From: Octopus bimaculoides
Taxonomy: Eukaryota
Assembly: GCF_001194135.2 (NCBI RefSeq)
Contig: NC_068988.1
Span: 79,173,677-79,217,961, forward strand
Direction of reading: 5' to 3'
DNA: 44,285 bases
Shown: one piece after another, positions 36,051 to 44,285 of the stretch
Layout: every line of letters starts with the position of its first letter
Numbering within the stretch: the first letter of the stretch is position 1
Position numbers and translations under genes: made by a program
The notes under the pieces: generated by a model
Database searches by the model: none
What the model was told of the DNA's origin: nothing
Seen by the model: only the letters and a program-made list of their open reading frames with translations

Positions 36051-38132
36051 AATCCCTCGCTTTACGGAAGTATTGCGTTCCTGAAAATCTGCCGTAACGT
36101 GAAATTAATTTTCTCATTGAGTTTCATGTTATGAAGTGAGATTGCCTTTCTACGAACTAAGGAAAAAATAGAAGCATTTGAAAACAATACATAAGAAACA
36201 ATACGATTACCTTTATATATGAAAATAACAATTTCTAAACATACACGATGCAATAAAGATACAGAAAAAAAAAAAATAAACATTTCAAGAGAATTAATTA
36301 AAAATCCCTATATCGTAAGAGTACGCTCAGTAATATTATATAAGAACTTTCAAATAATTTATAAAAGCAAATGACTGGGTGGATAAACCTACAGCTAGAG
36401 CTTTCTGGAAGAAATTCAACATAAAAGACGCTGTAGATAATATAGCTGAGTAATTGGATGAAGTGACATCTTCAACTTTGACTAGTGCTTGGAAAAGTAT
36501 ATGATCAGACTGGATCCGTAACATTACAAGTTTTCCTTAAGCTGAAAGTCTACATCAGATTCGCAGAGACATCGTGACACTTGCAAAGGATACAGGATTT
36601 GAAGTCGTAGATGATGATGTTGCTAGTGTCCCGGGGCGAGGATCTGATGCTCTTAGAAAAAGAACAAGTTGAGGATACAAATGAGACAACAGAAGTTCCA
36701 AGACCACCACTTAAATTGGCTACAAAAATTATTGCTAAAGAGTTGGCCCTCATAGAGGAAGGTCTGCAGGTTTTTGGTGATAATGATCCTAATTGTGAAA
36801 GTAACAAAAATTACAAGAGGAATTTACAATAGACTCAATTCTTATATTGAGCTGTACATAGACATGATGCGTCATAAACAACAAACAACTTTGGATAAGT
36901 TCTTCGTCCCTCAAGCTGATGTTTGTATAATGAACTATAAGGTAGTAAATGTTGTCTTTCGTCCTCTTTGTAACTCTCATTGCACCATCACCCTTCACAT
37001 AGTAGTTATCTCTTTTTGTGAGAACATATTCTGACGATATTGGGATTTTTATTAATTCGCTAACGTATTCATTCCTCTTGAAATATTTTTGTGTTTTTTC
37101 TGTATCTTTATTGCATCGTGTATGTTTAGAAATTGTTATTTTCATATATAAAAGTATTACTTGTTCTTTACTATTTTCAATTTTTTTTTCTTTTTTTTTT
37201 TTTGTCTAAGAAGTCCGTAGAAAGTCTACCTAGAGCAAAGAAGTATGCTTGGTGATGTATTCTACTCACTCATTATCAGAAAATTCATCTAACTTCACAG
37301 CATTGCTTGGAGCATTGTCTAAAAGAAGCAATCTTTGGTTGAAAGTATTATGTCTGGCACTGTGTCTTTGTACCTCAAGACAAAAACAAAACGTTTAAAA
37401 ATCACTCTTTGAAAAGGCTTTTAATCATCCATATATTCATATATTCTTCGCCAAATCCGAAGTAGATTAAACTTTGTGCAACACTAGCCTTCGGATTTTT
37501 GGAATGATACATGAGTAGGAGCTTTCGTGTTATATCACCAGCAGTATTTCCTCCCAAAAGAAGTGTCAGATAATTTTTAGAAGCTTTAAATCCTGGTGTT
37601 TACTTTTTCATCTCTAAAAATTAATGTTCTATCAGGCATGCACTTCCAGAAAAGAGCATTTTCATCAACATTGTATACTCTTTTCTACTCTAGGCACAAG
37701 GAATGAAATTTGGGGGGAGGGGCCAGTCGATTAGCTCGACCCTAGTACGCAGCTGGTACTTAATTTATCGACCCCGAAAGGATAAAAGGCTAAGTCGAGC
37801 TCGGTGGAATTTGAACTCAGAACGTAAAGACAGACGAAATACCACTAAGCATTTCGCCCGGCGTGCTAACGTTTCTGCCACCTCGCCGCCTTTCATTGTA
37901 TACTTGCTCTGGTGTGTAGCTCCCTTCAGCAATCATTTTCCTCAACTGTTCTGAATAATTAGCCGCAGCCTCTGCATGAATGTTCGCAGTTTCACATTAA
38001 TTTTTATGTTGTTCAAATTCATGTGCTTCTTAAACCTTTCAAACCAGTCTTTACTTGCCAAAAAGGAGTTTTCATTAGAAAAGGTTCCAACTTCCTTTTT
38101 CTACAAATCGTCATTTATAAGACGATTTGCTG
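36051..38132 (-). mobile_element. Tigger/pogo-family (Tc1/mariner superfamily) DNA transposon remnant, rearranged
   Basis: Minus strand 38132-37225 encodes decayed 'ASKDWFERFKK..EQVYNVDENALFWKCMPDRT..PGFKASK..LLLLDNAP'. The C-terminal part ('FWKKFNIKDAVDNIAE..QTTLDKFF') is on the plus strand at ~36340-36910. A TIR-like end (aatccctcgctttacgg) lies at 36051. Confidence 0.85.
37680..37893 (-). mobile_element. tRNA-derived SINE, family 1, full length with 11-bp TSD
   Basis: A box tggcagaaacg and B box gagttcaaattcc. TSD cattgtatact at 37669-37679 and 37894-37904; splits the Tigger 'VYN|VDE' codons. Confidence 0.95.
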
Positions 38133-38871
38133 NNNNNNNNNNNNNNNNNNNNNNNNNNNNNNNNNNNNNNNNNNNNNNNNNNNNNNNNNNNNNNNNNNNN
38201 NNNNNNNNNNNNNNNNNNNNNNNNNNNNNNNNNNNNNNNNNNNNNNNNNNNNNNNNNNNNNNNNNNNNNNNNNNNNNNNNNNNNNNNNNNNNNNNNNNNN
38301 NNNNNNNNNNNNNNNNNNNNNNNNNNNNNNNNNNNNNNNNNNNNNNNNNNNNNNNNNNNNNNNNNNNNNNNNNNNNNNNNNNNNNNNNNNNNNNNNNNNN
38401 NNNNNNNNNNNNNNNNNNNNNNNNNNNNNNNNNNNNNNNNNNNNNNNNNNNNNNNNNNNNNNNNNNNNNNNNNNNNNNNNNNNNNNNNNNNNNNNNNNNN
38501 NNNNNNNNNNNNNNNNNNNNNNNNNNNNNNNNNNNNNNNNNNNNNNNNNNNNNNNNNNNNNNNNNNNNNNNNNNNNNNNNNNNNNNNNNNNNNNNNNNNN
38601 NNNNNNNNNNNNNNNNNNNNNNNNNNNNNNNNNNNNNNNNNNNNNNNNTATATATATATATATATATATGAATGTATGAGTAGTTTTTCAATGAGTACAA
38701 ATAACACGGAAAAAAAATTAATAGTTATCAGAGTAGCAAAAATTCAAACAAGTACCAAGGATGTAACAGCCTACTTATAAAGGTTTAATTCAGGTTTTGG
38801 TGAAATGTTTTCGATTAACATAGATAAATAAATAGATGGAGTTAAACGCAGGTGTTATTCAAATCTTTTTA

Positions 38872-38938
38872 CTTCCGACATATGTTTCGAAGAAGGAATA
38901 AAATGATGTAAAACAATGCAATCTTCTCATTAGGAAAA
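38872..38938 (-). ncRNA. Minimal type-I hammerhead ribozyme motif, copy 1 (CUGAUGA core mutated to CUAAUGA)
   Basis: Minus strand reads ttttc-CTAATGA-gaaga-(28-nt loop)-tcttc-GAAAC-ATAT-GTC-ggaag: stems I and II, a minimal stem III with palindromic loop, and a GUC site. Confidence 0.65.
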
Positions 38939-39029
38939 GAAAGAAACCAAACACATCAGTAAGACATTTGTAAGACACATCAGTAAGAAATTCTGTTAAA
39001 ATGTCTTACTGATGTGTTTGGTTTCTTTC

Positions 39030-39114
39030 TTTCCCTGATGAGAAGATTGCATTGTTTACATCATTTTATTCCTTCTGGAATAATACCAATGTTTTCTTCA
39101 AAATATGTCAGAAG
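39030..39114 (+). ncRNA. Minimal type-I hammerhead ribozyme motif, copy 2 (GAAAC core decayed)
   Basis: tttcc-CTGATGA-gaaga-(48-nt loop)-tcttc-AAAATAT-GTC-agaag; inverted counterpart of copy 1. Confidence 0.6.
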
Positions 39115-39204
39115 TAAAAAGATTTGAATAATACGTGCGTTTAGCTCCATTTGTTTATTTATCCATATCTATATATCTATCTATATATATATATAAAAAA
39201 TACA

Positions 39205-39691
39205 AAAATGGGACAAGAACGCGAAACATCCAGACATTTAGGTGATACAAAAAAGGGACAACAAAACATCCAGACAGACGATACAAAGAAAACAAGGATG
39301 GGTCATTCGGAGTTTTCTTTCCTCGGTCGAGTTCCAGATTATTTTTGCAATTTCGGCTGGTTATATTCGAGATTGCTCCAAACTGGCCAGCCCCAAGGAA
39401 AAACTAAGTTAAGAGCACTAGATTCCTTGGGAGAAAGCAGCGAATGTATACGAAAGCAAAGACGGAAAAAGAAACGGAGAAATGGTACAGAAATACAAAT
39501 AACAGGACATTAACAACGGGTGTCTTTCGATTAAGGACGAATTAAATTAAGCTGGAGTGTGTGGAAGTAAAGCCTTACGGCAGGGACATAATATTTGACA
39601 GGTACAGAGAGGAATATAGATGTTGCACGGATGGTAGTCGAACCAAGAAAGAAAAGTCAGACTTGGCCGAACACCGGTCACGTGGGGAGAG

Positions 39692-39700
<9 letters not shown>
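39205..39700 (+). mobile_element. Unclassified interspersed repeat, copy A (possibly Penelope-like terminal repeat)
   Basis: Alignable with the reverse complement of 40757-41150; lies directly beside the hammerhead palindrome. Confidence 0.5.
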
Positions 39701-39726
<26 letters not shown>

Positions 39727-40756
39727 NNNNNNNNNNNNNNNNNNNNNNNNNNNNNNNNNNNNNNNNNNNNNNNNNNNNNNNNNNNNNNNNNNNNNNNNNN
39801 NNNNNNNNNNNNNNNNNNNNNNNNNNNNNNNNNNNNNNNNNNNNNNNNNNNNNNNNNNNNNNNNNNNNNNNNNNNNNNNNNNNNNTTTCAGTCATTAGAC
39901 TGCGACCATGCCGGACCGGCATGTTCACTGCGGTACGAACATTGGATCACTATAAACAAATCAATCGTGCAGGTCGTTCGGCAAAAGGTGAAAGGTCATA
40001 CGTTGTCTTCGATGAGAGACTCCTGCATATACAAAGATTAAAGTAAAACTGAAAAGGCAAACAGTTTGGCATCACTAGAAAAGACATTTAATTTAGATAG
40101 GGAATATAGATATACAAAGTCTTTTACAGCTGCTTTTGAATAGCCAAGCGTGTGGGTCATCATATTGAGTAAGGATTTCATCAGGGAAGGAGAAGTCAGG
40201 GAAATATAAAGGCGATGGAAAATCTCCATTCGTGAATATTGGTGTATTTCAGTTTGTCGAGAATGAGGGAAGGATCAGATTAAAATAGGAATGCGTTAGG
40301 TAGATCCATGATCAAATGAAAAATACGGTTATAGGTAATATCCAATAGCAGCTTCAAATGAGAATATTCGATGATAATACACCAGTTCCAGTTCTGAATA
40401 GAGAATGAATGAAGGTAGAATAGAAACATAATCTACCACTTTATTACTATTACTACCCACTTCTCTCCCATTTTTGCTAACTATGGCCAGCCTTGGTGGT
40501 GATTTGAAATATGTTATTCTTCATCTCTTTATCTATCATTCTCTAAATGCACCTCTAACCTCTCTCGACTAGCATACCTCCACATACTGACTAATATGTA
40601 TCTACTCCACTACATCCACCTGTCTGTCTTTCTTCTTGACTATAGTATAGTATAGTATTCCTATTCTACCTTCATTCTCTATTATATATATGTGTGTGTG
40701 TGTGTGTGCATTTCTTTCTTCGCCTGACTGCCGACTGCCAAGACCACTTATGTCCA

Positions 40757-41150
40757 TCTCCTATGTTCCTGCCTGAAGGCTTTTACTTTATACACGCCAG
40801 CTCAATTTGATTCCTCCTCGGTCGAAAGACATCTGTTGTTATATTGTTGTTTGTATTTGTAATTGTGTACCATGTTCTCCGTTTTTTGTCTTTGTTGTCG
40901 CACACATTCGCTAGCTTTTTTGCAAAAAAATCTAATGCTCTTAGCTTAGACTTTTTGTGGGGCAACCAGGTCGAACAGTTTCAAGTGTAACTGAGACTCT
41001 TCGATCTGTAAGAACATCTAGTTACTTGACTGATGAAAGAAGGCTACAAATGACCCGTCCTTTTTTCCTATCCCACTAATTGTTGTTTTTCCTGACCACA
41101 TTTGTATCGTCTGTCTGTCCAGTTGTTTTCCCGCGTTTTTGTTCCTTTTT
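40757..41150 (-). mobile_element. Unclassified interspersed repeat, copy B (inverted relative to copy A)
   Basis: Its reverse complement 'acaacagatgtctttcgaccgagg..aagccttcaggcaggaacata' matches 39510-39590. Confidence 0.5.
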
Positions 41151-42379
41151 TTATATTTATATATACATATAGCGGCGTACATACACCTTTGCTCACCTTA
41201 TCACAAAAATGTCACAAAAAACTGCTACTCAGAGTTTCACGTTCCCGTTCGGCGAACAGTTTAGATTGAGAAAGGAACAAAATAAAGTTTGTTTGTATAA
41301 AATATACAATTTACATTGACAGATACACATTTGAGATTGGTTTCTTTCCATTTGTCCACTCGACTAACGGCTTTTTCCTAATCAGTGATGATAGGTTTAA
41401 AATCGTATTATGTGAGATCAAAGAAGAGACCTTAAATCAAACATCAAAATTTCAAAAATGACTGTCGTTAGAAGGAAAAAACGTATATAACCACCAGAAT
41501 AAATTAATTAATGATAAAATAAGTTTAATTAAAACTAAATAAATGTAAGTTTGTATTATAAAAATATTCACTTACATAAATCAAATGGCCTAAAAATAAA
41601 CACACTGTTCTTATACATACATACACTAAAAACATAAACATACATACGTACAGTAAACATACAAATGCCAATATATGCATACATATCTACAAATATACTC
41701 AGGCAAAATATAAACATTAATATATATACTAATGTGTATATGGATAACTACGCACGTGCGCGCCGCGCGCACGCACATACACGCTCACACATACACATAC
41801 ACACATACACACATACACACACGCACGCAGCATACATCTTCGTGTGTATGTTGTGAAGTCACAACTCCATTGCTGCACGTTAGAAAGAATCAGAATAAGA
41901 AAGTGATAGACTTCTGTACAATATATATATATATATATATACATATAAATAGTGCACAGAATTGGGTTTTATTCAAGTTGTGTCCTTGTGAAGCACATCT
42001 GCGCATTCTAATGTATATATCAAAATGTTTTATTTTAAAAGAGAAAGCCATGCATGCTACTTCAAAAATATGTCGAATCATAATATTTCCAGGATAATTA
42101 CACATTAAAACAGATTGGACTAATTGGTACATTTTTAATTTCATATTACACATTTTTTCGTTTTAGTATAAGAAGATTTTACGTGAGAAATGGATACTCT
42201 GAGAATATATTCGGCGTGATAGAAAGAGTTAGAGCTGGTGTGTATTTGGGGAAATCCATTACATGAAAATCTCAAATAAACACCTGGGGAGAAAACCCTG
42301 TAGAAAATCATTCTCATTCGTTGCAATAATGGTAACTAATACCAACCCAAATAACGGGATGAACAGGAAGTCTCCCCTG

Positions 42380-43030
42380 GGTGTCCAAGATACCAGACCT
42401 CCCACGCCCGGCTGAGTATCTTCTTGATTACTGGAAATGGGCTAATGAATCAGATAAGAGTGATTCGGAACAGAGGCTTTCTTAATGAAACCCAAATTCA
42501 GACAATCAAGAAAAGCTTCTGTAGTGGTGATAACCTCGAGGAGGATAATGTAGGTCAGCAAATGAATAGGCAAGGTGAAGTTGTAGTAGAAGGAAGGCCG
42601 GCTAATCAATGTAATGTGGCGAATACTGTATTACCAAAGGATATAACTGAGGAACAGAGGGAACTCATGATAAGACTCAGGATATAATGGTTACATGAAC
42701 AGAGACCAAACCAGTGAATTTGAGATGCTTCGACTGTGACAATGTGAAACGGGTTACCCCAAAGTACATTCCAACAAAAAATCTATCGGAAACAAGGGAC
42801 TTGATTAGATCCTCTTTAGTTTTAGTTAAGTGAACTGGTTGGAAAGAAAGAGAGGAAAGTAGGTGGAGAGAAGGAGCGATGGTGGAAGCGGAGAATCGGA
42901 GGCGATATTAAAACCTTGTGGTGAAGATCTGAATCGCATAGAAGAGTGATCCAAAAGGTAATAGAAACATACTAAAGAAGGTGTGAGGGCATATCTTGAA
43001 ACAAAATACCAAATAGAAAAGAAAAGGTTT
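42380..43030 (+). mobile_element. R4/Dong-like LINE, N-terminal ORF fragment
   Basis: 'LMNQIRVIRNRGFLNETQIQTIKK', 'RWWKRRIGGDIK' and 'YLETKYQIEKK' resemble the R4-clade pre-RT region. Confidence 0.6.
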
Positions 43031-44233
43031 AAAACTCTTACCAAAACCCTCTGTTTTCTAGTGAAGTCAGCACTCTTTCTGCATCCACATGGGTTTCAGT
43101 TGTTACCGTAATATCATCCATGAATCCCCTTATTGGGTGCTTACAGCTGCCTGATTCCATTGTTGGTCCACGGGCTTCTCTATCAGCAGTTGATATGAGG
43201 ATATTCATACCTAGAAAAGAATGGAGGAAATCGTGCACCCAGTTATGATTCCTTACTCAAGGTCTTGTCATCAAGTTTCAAAATAGGTTGTTCTGAAACG
43301 TAACTGGATTCCTCCAAAATAACTGCTGATTCCCCTGATAATGCAGGGAAAACCTGATAGTAGTCAAGGGCTGCATATATGAGGGCATGAGGAATTGATC
43401 CGTATGCATTTTCCAGATTCAACCAAACCACTGTCAGGTCAACTGATTGAAATTCCAGTGTATTCCAGACATCCTGAGAAACCCGGAACTCAACCTTTCT
43501 GGGTAGATGTGTTTATATGCCCATTCTCAATCATATATGCTGTCTTCTTTTTGGCCAGTACGGAAAAAATCTTCCCCTCAAAACTCAGGCTAAGTTTCCT
43601 TTCGGTCTGTCCGCTCTTCCAAATCGATCTTTTGCCAAATTGAATGCGATAGTTACAAGTGCATTCACTTTCTCTTCCGCTATTCCTGCCAGTGTGCACT
43701 CCAACATCATGTCGCGGTCTTGGTACAGTTGTTGTCATTTCTTTGTTTCATCCATCTTGGACATTTTATTTGTTCATTTGTTGGCTGGCAATAGCCCCCT
43801 GGTGTGGTATTGGGTAGGTTGTTCCTCCTGAGGACTTGAGGTGACACAGTTTCACCAGGTGTTACCACTGTGCGCTGCACCTGTGCCCCCTCTTTTCCAC
43901 GGACGGACCTAGCTTGGTGTATCTTGAGCCCTTTCTCATTCTTGTAGATTTTTCCGCAGTGGCACTTTACTTCCAATACCTCCCCAGATACTAATGTTTC
44001 AACAGGTGCTACCACTGAAAACTGCAGCTGTGGCTCTTCCTTCCCACAGTCTGACCTGGATTGCTGTATCTTGAGCCTGGATTGCTGTATCATTTCACTC
44101 CCACTACTTCTGCAGTTAACGGTGATTGGGATGCCTCTGCGTCAGTAAGACATTCCTAGTCGTTACCCCTTGTTATCTGTCCTGTTGAGTCTTTCATCTC
44201 CGCCCCCCCCATTCGGGAGACTCTGGGGGAGTT
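43031..44233 (-). mobile_element. Hero-like (R2-group RLE) LINE, internally deleted
   Basis: N-terminal zinc finger 'CHCGKIYKNEKGLKIHQARS', RT motifs 'VWLNLENAYGSIPH' and 'IRGFMDDITVTT'. Confidence 0.8.
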
Positions 44234-44285
44234 GCTTATATATGTATGTATATGTATATGTATATGTATGTATGTGTATATATAT

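Larger units (their letters stand above)
38823..39163. repeat. Long palindrome (arms 38823-38969 and 38999-39163)
   Basis: Arms are reverse complements at roughly 90% identity by eye, apart from a ~20-nt indel; 29-nt spacer. Confidence 0.95.

Noticed and set aside
432-37893. A/B-box sequences as tRNA genes
   Set aside because: They are SINE heads without a complete cloverleaf.
39886-39910. Minus-strand CTAATGACTGAAA resembling a hammerhead core
   Set aside because: No stems; more likely a SINE 3' end, and truncated by the gap.

Overview
Eukaryotic, very AT-rich, microsatellite-dense draft scaffold with seven N gaps. The SINE, LINE and microsatellite content suggests an octopus or other coleoid cephalopod; this is an inference. 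The only well-supported host gene is the 3' part of a Polycomb-group PCGF gene (Bmi1/Psc-like) on the + strand. It has five phase-compatible coding exons (2081-2216, 5561-5606, 17397-17495, 21293-21373, 25463-26323) encoding the RAWUL domain and a long low-complexity tail; the RING exons must lie upstream of the window. Most provided ORFs are microsatellite or gap artefacts. The rest is transposon debris: many tRNA-derived SINEs (often head-to-tail in ATT repeats), R4/Dong-like, Hero-like and RTE LINE remnants, a Tigger transposon with its 3' third inverted, and a possible solo LTR. The best leads are (i) a ~340-bp palindrome made of two head-to-head minimal hammerhead-ribozyme motifs, each broken in a different core strand, (ii) a candidate in-frame Lys-rich cassette exon and a Cys/His-rich loop in the PCGF RAWUL domain, (iii) a foldback hairpin in a PCGF intron, (iv) an exact 72-bp copy 8.2 kb from its source, and (v) the inverted Tigger.
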